Origin: Octopus sinensis | Lineage: Eukaryota | Assembly: GCF_006345805.1 (NCBI RefSeq) | Contig: NC_043004.1 | Coordinates: 31,806,001-31,870,000, forward strand | Length of the DNA stretch: 64,000 nt | Reading direction: 5' to 3' | Part shown: positions 37,901-49,963 of the stretch, piece by piece | Position numbering within the stretch: position 1 is the first letter of the stretch | Layout of the letters: each line of letters opens with the position of its first letter | Notes under the pieces: generated by a model | What the model saw: the letters and a program-made list of their open reading frames with translations, nothing else | What the model was told of the DNA's origin: nothing | Database searches by the model: none | Made by a program: the position numbers and the translations under genes

Positions 37901-38163
37901 GTGAAGTATATTTGCCACTTAAATGTGGCTAACCCTTAAGAGTGGATGCTACTGTAGCTTGTAGCCCCAGGAGGACACCTGCTCCAGCTGGCCATTGACA
38001 CACTTTTTGTGCCCTGTTAGTATTTGCAAAGGGAAGACATCCTTTGATAGGGCACAGAAAGTGTGTCAATAGCCAGCTGGAGAAGGTGTCCTCCTGGGGC
38101 TACAAGCTACAGTAGCATCCACCCTTAAGGGTTAGTCACATTTAAGTGGCAAATATACTTCAC
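37901..38163. repeat. Near-perfect inverted repeat: 115-bp arms, 33-bp loop
   Basis: 37901-38015 vs 38049-38163, 5 mismatches counted by eye. Confidence 0.95.
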
Positions 38164-39134
38164 GATGTTGTGCAGCTACTGTTTATACCTCGCTCAGAGA
38201 TTTATTATTGCTATCTTGTTATTGTTCATAGAGAATGTTAAATAATTCTGTGTCTATTGAAAATTCTTATTCTCAGCTGATTGAACTGTTGCTTCCAACT
38301 CTGTTTGCTTTTCCAAAATTCAAGTTAATCAACCATCATATGAATTATCTTCTTTTACTACCTATCAACGAGAAATTATGAAGAAAATATCTATAAAGAT
38401 ACAGGTACCGAAGCTCTTATCTGACAACCTTGGGATCAGAGGTGGTCCAGATTTCTGGACACAGGCTAAATATATATTGATAATATAAAATAAACAACGA
38501 AAAGTAAAGGACAAAATTGTATAACATATACAGGAACTGTATATGTATATAGGAACTGGTGTCTTGTGACACATACGCCACAGAAACCAAAACAAAGTGG
38601 CCACACAGTGAACTACTACAGCCCACAAAATTCAAAGCTAGCCAGATATCTGGTAATTCCAGATTAGAGGTTTGGTACCTGTTTATATTTTTTAACATTA
38701 ATTTGAAGAATTATATTTTTATATCCTTTCATGAAATGATGAAACAAATAATGATAATATAATTAATAAAAATTATTAGTATATTTTTCTTGATAATAGT
38801 CATAAACTTTTTATTACAAAATGAATAAACTGCAAATGTAAATATGTTGTCGGTAAATACTTAAATTAATCAATTAATTAATTACATACACTCATATGTG
38901 ATTTTTTACTGATTTTTGCGAGTTTGTAATCAATATTGATTAATAAAAAAATTTAGAATTTCAGTAATTTGTTATTTCAGTGATTCTGTGTTGTTTATAT
39001 ATTGTTGTATTTGTGAACTTGAGTTTTCTCTCTCTACTAATCTTCCTTGCATACTTTCTGTTGTGTTTATTTTTGGATACATTGCAACTTGTGTGTGTGT
39101 GTGTGAGTGTGAATGCATGCGTGTGTTTGTGTGT

Positions 39135-39335
39135 ATCATCATCATCATCATCATCATCATCATTTAACGTCCGCTTTCCATGCTAGCATGGGTTGGACGG
39201 TTCAACTGGGGTCTGGGGAGCCCGAAAGCTGCACCAGTCCAGTCAGATCTGGCAGTGTTTCTACAGCTGGATGCCCTTCCTAACGCCAACCACTCCGAGA
39301 GTATATACACTCCGAGAGTATATACACTCCGAGAG
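39135..39335 (-). mobile_element. RTE 3'-end fragment
   Basis: (ATC)n followed by ttaacgtccgctttccatgctagcatgggttggacgg... Confidence 0.85.
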
Positions 39336-39594
39336 TGTATATATATATATATGCACAATTTGAGGTTGTAATTTCCTCATAAGGGATTGTTAATAACAAT
39401 CCAGATGACAAATATATTGATAGGAAGTTTGGATATTTTTTGGTTGTTTTGTTGATCTGGTTCCTTTTATCCTTATTCTAATAGGTATCACTTTTACTTA
39501 GCATTACTTTTCCATTGTGATACAAATAAAATGATCCAAGTATCTATTATATTTTTTCATCCCCATTTTCTTTTATTAACTTTATATATATATA

Positions 39595-39795
39595 GGTGGC
39601 ACGTAAAAGGCACCCACTACACTCACGGAGTGGTTGGCATTAGGAAGGGCATCCAGCTGTAGAAACACTGCCAGATCAGACTGGAGTCTGGTGCAGCCTC
39701 CTGGCTTCCCAGACCCTGGTCAAACCGTCCAACCCATGCTAGCATGGAAAACGGACGTTAAACGATGAAGATGATGATGATGATGATGATGATGA
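39595..39795 (+). mobile_element. RTE 3'-end fragment (inverted relative to 39135-39335)
   Basis: ggtggcacgtaaaaggcaccc...gcatggaaaacggacgttaaacgatgaagatgat. Confidence 0.85.
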
Positions 39796-40173
39796 AAAGT
39801 AGAGGTACAAGTGTCAATCCATTTCAACCATTTCTAACAAATCCCTTAATCGATTAATGAAAACATTACATCATTGTAAAGAAACCGTTTTTGTCAGATG
39901 AATTCATGAACTTCAAAATAAAGGACATTCAAAATAATTTAACATAGTTTAAAATCCAGGGAGCAAAAACATTTACAGTGATTCTGCTACTATTTCAGTT
40001 GATGAAAACAGGGTCTTTACAATAATATAATGTTTTCATTGCTCAATTAAAGGACTCATTAGAAACAGCCATAAAGGAAGAAACACTTGTATGTCTACTG
40101 TTACTCATATTTTATTCACCTGTCTCAGAATCTGCCCTTTGTAAATATTATAGACTGTATATTTAATGTAATG

Positions 40174-40955
40174 TATTGGGTCATCCCATAAATAATGCAG
40201 TTTTTTGCAATTGCATGAACTAAAAGTCAGAGGGGGCGGGACAAACTACCTGCATCAACTTTCTAGAAAAGCATGTAATTTTACTTTGTACTTATTCTTA
40301 GTGCAAGTTTTGAAGAGTGTAGTTTGATTCTAAGAGTTATTTTTTCAAAGTTATAATGGAAGTAACAAAGGAGCATATTTGGCATATTTTGCTTTATGAG
40401 TTCAATAAAGGCAACAATGCAATGGAAAGTGCAAAGAATATTCATGTAAGTGTAAGCCAGTGTCATTGGTGGTTCCAGAAATTCTGAGCCAGAAACTACA
40501 GCCTAGAAGACGAGCCATGTCCTGGAAGACCTGTAGAGCTTAACGAGGACGTCCTGGAAAACCTGGTGGAACAAAACCCCATGGTAACTGTTGAGGAACT
40601 AACAGAGAAGCTTGGATTTAGTCATTCAACCATTCATCAACATCTGAGAGCCATCGAAAAAGTCAGCAAATTGGGTTAATGGGTTCCTCACAAACTTTCT
40701 GAGTCTAATCACATGCAGTGGGTGAATGTATAATCTTTTTTGCTGTCACGTCTCACAAATGAACCTTTTTTGGACCAAATAGTGACTGATGACAAGAAAT
40801 GGGTTCTCTATAAAAATGTCAAGTGCCGAAGACAGTGGGTAGGGAAAGGAGAAACACCAATACCCCAGGCTAAAGAAAATCTTCACCCATATAAGGTGTT
40901 ATGTTTGGTGGTGTGTGAAAGGTTTAGTCTACTTTGAACTTTTAAACCCAAACTG
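40174..40955 (+). mobile_element. Mariner element, 5' part, degenerate and truncated by the PLE
   Basis: TA-ttgggtcatcccataa terminus. Remnants MEVTKEHIWHILLYEFNKG, SLEDEPCPGRP, WVPHKL and FLDQIVTDDKKWVLY. Confidence 0.88.
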
Positions 40956-43045
40956 CTTAGCTTTACACATATCTATCTAGTCAGACCCTAATGGCTGGTG
41001 GCCTATAACCTCTCTTCAAATTGATGGGAGAAAAGGCCTTGTGGTTAGTTTTTGAACACACAAAGAAGAAAGGTGAAGCATAAGCAATTATCTCCCTTAG
41101 ACCACTATCTGGAATCCACCCAGCTTGTGGCTCCCAGGATTTCAGTAGCAATTGCCTGAAGTGTAAACAAAGTCTGAAAACTTCCATCCTAGAATTTAAA
41201 ATGCTCGTGTGGAGTTCCTTTGTCTTCATCCCCCTCTGGTGGCTGGCCAAGCATGTAGCATAATGTCTTTCTGGGATCCTAAATGATTTGTGTTTGGAGA
41301 AGTGCTTCTTCGAGGTGTTTCCAGAACATTCAATGTATTTCCAAATGTTGCTATTGGCATTGCTATTTCTATTGTTGCTGATGTTGCTACTTCTGTTATT
41401 GTTGGTGCTGGTGTTGGCATTATTAATGCTGGCATGGGGGACATCATCAGTAGGGAAGTTGGTGTTGGTGCTGTTGTTGTTATCTCTGTTGGTGCTGTTA
41501 TAACCATCGCTGATGTTGGAGCTGTTGTCGGCACTATAGTGGTGGTGGTTGTTGTTGTTGTTGTTACTGTTATTATTATTATTATTAACATTATCATTAG
41601 TGATGGTGTTGCTGCTATTTCTGTTATAGTTGTTGCTGTTATTATTAATAATAGCGATGGTGTTGCTGCTATTTCTAGCACTGTAACTGCTGGAAAAGCT
41701 GCTGTTGCTATTAGAGTTAGATACCACCATAGCCTCATATACGATTCACTTGGTTTCACACTGGCCTCCCACTGGGCGTGTGCTATAATCCCTGCATGTG
41801 CATCCTGCCTCCACTTGTCCCATAGGGGTGTAAAGGGGTGCAGCTAAAAAAGACTCTTTTGTTGTGTCTGTTGAACAGGTGTCCGTACCTATGTGATTGT
41901 GTAAAGTGTTTATCTACTGGCCTAAGGAATATCCTATCCACACACATTTTTATATTGAGGGAGAAGGGGAAAGACAAACCAGACTGATTTCAGATTTAAC
42001 TGTGTTGATCAGGCAGCACTTGGAATTAGAAGCAAAGTTGGGTTTATGATCTTTGATAGTGATGAAGGCATTCTTTGGGCTAAAATTTCTACCCTATCTG
42101 TTATACCTATGTCGTTGACTGTTTGGCTTCACTGTTGATGTTGTAGTGTGTGCGGGGCAAAACGCACCTATAGTTCTGTGTGATGTTGTCGTTTAACAGT
42201 CTGTTATAAATATGGGTGTCTAATATAGGTTTTTCTGTTTTGTCTGAGATTAGGAACCTGTCGGAATTTTTTAGTAGCAAGCTCAATACAGAGCTTACAT
42301 TGGAAGGAGCAAGAGGACTTGCAGAACTTTAGCCTAGGAATGATGCCCAGCAGGTCTACGTCAAAGGCCTCAAGGTCCTTAATCCTGGGTGGGTCCCTCC
42401 TAGGTCTGATTCCATATGTGTTGGCTTTCAGGGACAGTGTGACTTGATTGTAGTGGAAGGCCTTCCATCACATTTGCCTTATTAGGTCCATTTTCTCCAG
42501 CAGCATTCTAGTATAAAGCTTCTTAGATGGTACTGGAATGTTCTTTGTAGAGTATTCAAGATCATATGATCCCATATTTTTGAGAGACTAAGCGGCTATC
42601 ATGAATATGTAGTTGCACGACCTGCCAGACATCTATTTAACACAAACCACATGGTTTTTCCAAAACACTCTGACCAGGGGGCGAAATGGATCGTCAGTAA
42701 ATCATAAATTTGAAAAAGAAGCCCCCTTTAAGTTATAGAGCATTAGTGTATTTTGAGAATGTCAGTTATGGCAGCTTCATAAGTTTACTCAGAGTTTTGC
42801 ACCCATAGAGCACTCAACTTTACTCATGTCTCGTCAGACCCTAATGGCCAGTGGCCTATAACTTCTCTTTAAATTGGAGGGAGAAAAGCCCTCGTGGATA
42901 GTTTTCGAACACACAGACAAAGAAGAAAAGTTTGTGTGTTCAAAAACTAGCTACGAGGTCTTTTCTCCCTCTCATCTGAAAAGAGGTTATAGGCCACTGG
43001 CCATTACGAGCTGATGAGACTTGTGTAAAGCTTTATGGATGTAAA
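40955..43045 (-). mobile_element. Internally deleted Penelope-like element (GIY-YIG type) with direct and inverted terminal repeats
   Basis: Minus strand reads MGSYDLEYSTKNIPVPSKKLY (ATG ~42575), AFITIKDHKPNF...CLIN..KSEI, FPFSLNIK...DKHF...LFNR, then CTCR...PVGGQCETK*IVY and KYIE...HKSFR...CLH. The terminal ~95-bp repeat occurs at ~40978 and ~42834, with an inverted copy at ~42932-43010. Confidence 0.85.
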
Positions 43046-43085
43046 ACCCTGGATAATCATATAAACCAATCATTATTACCATTCC

Positions 43086-43120
<35 letters not shown>

Positions 43121-43247
43121 ACGATGATGATGATGATGATGATATTAGAAGAAATGAGGTACTCAGAAATTCGGATGGTTTTATATTTACAGATATTTAT
43201 TTGTATATTACATGTTTTTATACATCATATAACTTATATCATATATC

Positions 43248-43335
43248 ATATATTAGCGCTTTCGTCCATTCTGGTGGATTTTTCAAATTGTTCAATTTGA
43301 AAAATCCACCGGAATGGACGAAAGTGCTAATATAT
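43248..43335. repeat. Near-perfect palindrome: 43-bp arms, 2-nt spacer
   Basis: atatattagcgctttcgtccattctggtggatttttcaaattg-tt-caatttgaaaaatccaccggaatggacgaaagtgctaatatat, 2 mismatches. Confidence 0.95.
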
Positions 43336-43859
43336 ATATATATAATGGTAAGGAACAAACGAATGGGTTTTTAGTTTGCAACAGTTGTTTTGCTGGACAG
43401 AGACACAGAGAGAGAAAGAGAGAGAGACAGTTAGTATGTTAACTGTGAAGAAGTATAAATTTAAGGTATGAAAGGTAACTTAAATATACAGAAAACTAAG
43501 TTAAGTCCCTTAGACTGTAAAGATTTATGATGAACGTTAAATCCTTAGGAATATTTAAAAACTAATACTTTTGCCAATGAATTTTTTTAAATTACTATCC
43601 ACCATATTTAGTGGTAATATCTCATGCTACCTGGTCAATAAATAATGTGATTATGCTTAGTTTATCCCAAATGAAGTATGATGAAACCTGTGATGCTGCC
43701 AAAATTAAATTAAGTCACTATGTACAAAACAATGCACTTGTGAATTAAATGCTGATCGTTATTCATTAACAAACAGAAGTGTGTGTCATGCACATATTAA
43801 TATCTTTTCTAGCTGTCTCTCTATCTACATCTATGGATATTTACCTATTTGTGTATATG

Positions 43860-43911
<52 letters not shown>

Positions 43912-45528
43912 TAAACAGTAAAATAATTACAGACATGGACAAGAACATGAAACACCACAGAGACGACAGTAATGGTAAGACAACAAAAGAATGAATGAGA
44001 CCTCAATATTATGTAAATAGAGGAATTTATCTGTAATATAATATGTGACAATTATTTGGTTGCCATAATAAGATTCCAAGTTTCAGATATCGGGGTGGAA
44101 ATCTGCTCTGGCATCTCGTCAGTTATCAAGGCAATCAAAAGGTGCTTTCCATAATTCCTAATTACCACCATGCAATTATTTATACTTACTCTGGAAGTAG
44201 AGAAAATTTCAATGAATGAAGTATGTACCGTGTATGGTATTTGATATATCTTTATTTGTCATATTGTTGTGTCTTGGGAGAGCCTTTATACCAATAGTAA
44301 TAACAACACATGCACAGGTTCAATTCCAGTTCTTTATTGTTAGTCAGTTGGTTAAATATCTAACCAACAACAAATCAATTGTTTGTTTAACATGTTGCTT
44401 AAGCAATCAATCGGTTGTTTGTTAGTCAAAGTTCTGTCATCACTGTTTATGATCCTTTTAGTGACTTAGTGACTTCCCTTCTCACTCCAAGGCCTGCAAT
44501 ACATATCATTGACCACTCTGAGTTATTGCTCTTAGCTTGTCTTAGTTTAAATTACGCATATTACCTGGGCCATAGACGTGTTTTCTTTTTTGCTTATTCC
44601 AAGAGACAAGACAGAACAACTATTGAAGAAAAAACATGTGGATGACACTTTGGCGTGTAATCTACAAGGGACATTACTGTGGGACATACTTAGCATTGTA
44701 AATATATTTTTTTCAAAATTCTTACTATTTTAATAATAGGAAAACAATGTTTCATTTATGTCTTATTAAATAATAATAAGAAACCAAGAATAAATAATAT
44801 AATGATTAAAATAAGCACATGAATCACTCACCAAAGTAAATTTGCTCAGGTAGATCGCATGGCAAAGTAGCGCTAACACAATGTAATCTAAAAAGTAACT
44901 TAAAGTATCCTCCCTTTAAATTGCAGATCACATGTCAAAGTGGCACTAACGTTTGTCCACAGCTGTCCTCTTGTCTCCAAACTATTAGACTATATTTTCT
45001 TTAACTGCATATCAATTTTGAAAGATTCTTGATATTTAAAATTCCCGCCCCTTTTCTTTTGGAGTTGGTTTCAATTGCCACTTAAAGCAAAGATAATATG
45101 GATAAAATATTTACACATATATTTTAAGCTTCACTAAGGCATAGCAATCCTAATAACCTGGTGTTAAAACTCAGTATACATATTCTTCAGAATAAAGTGC
45201 TTGTGCATCACTTAATAGCTTTGTCGGAGCTTCTAAAATTAAATAAATTTTTCAAAGACATGCAATGTACTATTCCACCAGTTTTTATTTTCATATTAAA
45301 TTCTGATATAATCGTAATCTATACACTCTGAAAAGTATCTGTTGAAATTTTCATTGAAAAATACCAATTTTTCATGAAGTTATGAGGAAACAAAGCCAAC
45401 TCATGTGAATTGTCTAAAGCTCCCCTCCCCACTCCTCCGAATACATTTTTGTTGCAACAAATTCAGATATAATTGGTAACTGTACCAACTGAAGCATATT
45501 TGTAGAAAATTTCATTAAAAAATATAAT

Positions 45529-45694
45529 AGGAGCGGCTGTGTGGTAAGTAGCTTGCTTACAAACCACAAGGTTCCAGGTTTAGTCTCACTGTGTGGCATC
45601 TTAGGCAAGTGTCTTCTACTATAGCCTTGGGCTGACCAAAGCCTTGTGAGTGGATTTGATAGACAGAAACTGAAAGGAGCCCGTCGAATATATG

Positions 45695-45749
<55 letters not shown>

Positions 45750-45972
45750 ATGTGTATATGTTTATGTGTCTGTGTTTGCCCCCCCAACATCACTTGACAA
45801 CCGATGCTGGTGTGTTTATGTCCCCGTAACTTAGTGGTTCAGCAAAAGTGACCGATAGAATAAGTACTAGGCTTACAAAAAATAAGTCCTGGGGTCAATT
45901 TGCTGGACTAAAGGCAGTGCTCCAGCATGGCCACAGTCAAATGACTGAAACAAGTAAAAGAGTAAAAGAGTA
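45529..45972 (+). mobile_element. SINE family A, full length with expanded internal (TA)n
   Basis: aggagcggctgtgtggtaagtagc...aaacaagtaaaagagtaaaagagta. Confidence 0.88.
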
Positions 45973-46175
45973 TTTGTCTGGAAATTATCAAGAAACAAAG
46001 TCAGTGGGGCACATATGTGTTGGAATGGTGCAGCTAACCCCGGCTGGTCATTGAATATCATTGCACATATGTTACCAGAAATCCATAGAAAACATATTTT
46101 AAATATATAATGTAGGTAAGTGTGTGTAACAGGTTATGTTACTGTTAGATTGTTCAATCTCCGTGAGACAGTGTA

Positions 46176-48482
46176 ATCATCATCCTCAGCATTTAATGTC
46201 CGTTGTCCATGCTGGCATGGGTTAGATGGTTTGACTGGGCTGGCACGCTGGAAGGCTGTGCCAGATTCCAGTCGGATTTGGCATAGTTTTCTACAGCTGG
46301 ATACCCTTCCTAATGCCAACCACTCCGAGAGTGTAATGGGTGTTTTTACATGCTACTGGCGCAAGTGCCATTTGCAAGACACCGGCATCTGTTACGACTG
46401 CAATTTTGCTCAGCTTGATGGGCCTTCCTCTCAAGCTCAACATAATACCAAAGGTATTGGTCATTGCCTCCGTGAGTTCCAACACTCGAAAGGAACTTGG
46501 CCACTTTGCCCCCATGGGGCCCAACACTTAAAAGGAACTCAGCCACTTGCCTCCATGAGGCCCAACGCTCGAAAGGAACTCAGCCACTATGCCTCCATGA
46601 GGCTCAACACTTGAAAGGAACTCAACCACCTTGCTTCCATGAGGCCCAACATTCAAGGTTGATTTTCTTATGTGTCACCATTGCGGGTGCACTTGGCTTG
46701 ACAAGTCCTCTTAAGCAGAGTACATCCTCAAAGGTCTCAGTCATTAGTCACTGCCTCTGTGAGGCTCAATGTTCGGAGATCATGCTTCACCATCTCATCC
46801 CATATCTTTCTGGGTCTACCTCCACCACAGGTTCCCTCCACAGTTAGAGACTGGCACTTCTTTACATAGTTGTCCTTGTCCATTCACATCATATGACCAT
46901 ACCAGCGCAGTCACCTCACTTGTACACTACATCTGATTCCTCTTATGATTAACTTTTCTCTCATGATGCTTACACTCTGTCAAACAGGCTCACTGACATT
47001 GCACATCCAGCAAAGCATACTGGTTTCATTTCTTTCAAGCCTACACATGTCCTTGGTTGTTATAGCCCATGTCTCACTGACATGCAGCATAGCTGTTCAC
47101 ACACAGGCATCAAACAATCTGCCTTTCACTCTGAGAGAAAGGCTCTTTGTTGCCAGCAGGGGTAGGAGCTCTCTGAACTTTACCCAACCTAATCTTATTC
47201 TCACAACTACGCTTTCAGAACATCCACCTCTACCACTAACCTGGTTGCCTAGATACCAGAAGCTATCTACTACCTCTAGCTTGCTCCCCTGGCAGTTGAT
47301 GGAGTCTATTTTCCACACATTTTCAACATTTATTATGCCTGTGCACCTTCCACATACAAAAAATTGTTTCTCTGTTAACCTTCCTCTGATGCTGTTGCAC
47401 TTTTTGTGTGTCCAAAGCTTATGCTGGGTGCATCTTCTGGAGTTTCTACCTACACTTTTTCTACAGGTTGAGCAGGGCCATCTACTTGAGGGGATTTGTG
47501 ATTTGTCTGCCTTCCTACTTACTATGACTTTGGTTTTTGCTAGGTTAACTCTAAGGCCCTTTGATTCTCGACCTTGTTTCCATACCTGGAACTTCTCTAG
47601 CTCAGGTAGTGATTCATCTATAAGAGCAAGGTCATCAGCATAGAGGAGCTCCCAGGACAGCCTGTCTTGAATTCCTTTGTTATTGCCTGGAGGACAATGA
47701 TGAACAAGTGGGGGATGAACACCAACCTTTGGTGAACCCCTATTTGTACCTTGAATTCTTTGCTATACTCATTGCCCACCCTCACCTTACTGATAGCATC
47801 TCTGTACAAGGCTTGTACAGCAACCACTTGTCTATCCCTAGTTTCCGCATTGACCACCAAATAAGGTATTGGGGGATTCTCAAAAGCTTTCTCCAAGTCA
47901 ACAAAACCCAAGTACAGAGGTTTATCTTCGGTTAGGTATTTCTCCTGCCAGAAATATAGCATCAGTGGTACTTCTACCTGGAGCAAGCCCAAACTGCCTC
48001 TCATCTAGACTAACTCTCTCTCTGATTAGTTGGGCTATGGCTCTCTCTGCAACTTTCATCACCTGATCCAACAATTTGATACCTCTGTAATTATTCCTAT
48101 CTAAGGCATTGCCTTTACCCTTGTAGCAGTTGACTATGGTGCTGCTACACCAGTCATTGGGTATGACTCCTTCATGAACCATCTGATTTACAGTACTGGT
48201 GACTAGACCATAGCCCACTCCACCAGATATTTTAAGCATCTCAGCAGTGATTCCAGTCTTCATATCCTTAATTGCTTTATCTACCAGGGTACTGTCAATT
48301 CAGGTAGTCAGTCCCTGAGTTGTGTCAACATTTGGCAGCCTCTCTTCCTCCCATTCATTCTCCACGCTCACCAGTCTTTCATAATGGCATCTCCAAGCCT
48401 CTTTCTTTGCAGACTCATTAAAAGCAAGTGCACCATCATTCATGTGTACACATTTCTCACCTATGACATCACAATAATCAAC
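46176..48482 (-). mobile_element. 5'-truncated RTE-clade LINE (RT region plus 3' UTR)
   Basis: YKGKGNALDRNNYRGIKLLDQVMKV, LYLGFVDLEKAF, LEVVDSFWYLG and RIRLGWVKFRELLPLL. Frameshifted. Confidence 0.92.
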
Positions 48483-48917
48483 ATGAAGAAGAAAGATATT
48501 GCTTACAGTTTTTATTTTCCTGTGAATTTCACATAGGGGTGGTTAGTAGTAGTCAGCCATTTAACCATGGTAAAGGGAGAATGACAATGACAGAGCTTGT
48601 ACACCTTTGGTAAAATGTATGTCTTTTAAGAAGAGCTGCTTGCAAGAAAGCAAAAGACATATAGCACAAGGAAGCCAAGATAATTGACCCTAGATGTTCT
48701 GAGGCTTTGTATTTATGGAAAACTGAATGTGTTGCAGAACAATGAAAAGTAAATTATCCTGCTTTTGACCACAGAGTGTAAACTCAGACAATGGAACCAA
48801 ACTAAGTGTTAACATGTGACCTCATAAATTTCCTAGTACTAATGCCAAAAGCATTGGAAAAGATCTCGTAGAAAAATCTAGACTAAGGTTTTGATTCCTG
48901 ACTAAGAATCTAAGAAA

Positions 48918-48954
<37 letters not shown>

Positions 48955-49663
48955 ATACACACATACATACACACGCACACACACATAATTGTATATTTAC
49001 ATAAATATTTTCTGTATATTTATGTATGAGTTTGAATAGTTATTTATATATAGGTTAATTACGCACCAGTGTATTTACATATAATTATCTAAATCTACAT
49101 AATTCTATCATTCTTTCTATCTGTATGTGTATATTTCTACACATGCTCATGTGTGTGTGTTTGCCCCCAGCACCAGAAAAGTACTGGAATGTCCAGTCAG
49201 CTGTGTCAAATTGTCTACACCCAGTCAACTGTGTCAAATTGTCTACACCCATTCAGCTACTCCAAATCTTCTCATTCCATTGTAAAGACCAAGAGCTGTA
49301 TCATTTTCAATAAGTACAGTATCTAACTTGCTGTCTACAATACTATGCTTATTCATATCAAAGTATTGCAGAAGCATAGCCAAAACTTAGGTTACTAAAA
49401 TGTCAGTACTTTCATTATGATAATAAACTTTGTTTCTACAGAAATATTTCTTACCACTATTTATTACAGAAAGGTAATTTTATTCTCTGTCAGACACAAA
49501 TGTTTTGTTCTTTTCACTGGTTGGCTTTAGGAAAGGCACCAAGCCATAGAAATGTTACAAAACTGATGATACAACTTGATTCAATCTTCTGGTTTACCAG
49601 CTCCTGTCAACCTGTCCAATTCGTGCCATAATGGAAAGTAGATATTAAATAACTATATGGACC

Positions 49664-49887
49664 ATGCCAGCGCCGCCTTGGCTGGCTTCCGTGCCGGTGG
49701 CACGTAAAAAGCACCCACTACACTCGCGGAGTGGTTGGCGTAAAGAAGGGCATCCAGCTGTAGAAACACTGCCAGATCAGACTGGAGCCTGGTGCAGCCC
49801 CTGGCTTCCCAGATCCCGGTCGAACCGTCCAACCCGTGCTAGCGCGGAAAACGGACGTTAAACGATGATGATGATGATGATGATGAC

Positions 49888-49962
<75 letters not shown>
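49664..49962 (+). mobile_element. RTE 3'-end fragment with a long (GAT)n tail (~49863-49962)
   Basis: Conserved 3' end followed by more than 30 GAT units. Confidence 0.88.

Positions 49963-49963
<1 letters not shown>

Noticed and set aside
41746-41748. In-frame TGA just before IVY read as selenocysteine (some Naiad PLEs encode Sec)
   Set aside because: The TGA is not at a Cys position of the linker, the element has other stops and a C-terminal endonuclease, and I see no SECIS evidence.
41226-41847. Thr-rich, Val-rich and Leu-rich ORFs in other frames, or a stand-alone Asn-rich host gene
   Set aside because: They are by-products of the triplet-periodic insert. Only the Asn frame links the PLE IVY and YIE motifs.
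46548-46589. Hammerhead in the atgaggccc...cgaaa repeat unit
   Set aside because: It lacks the CUGANGA core and helix pairing, and is explained as a copy of RTE coding sequence.
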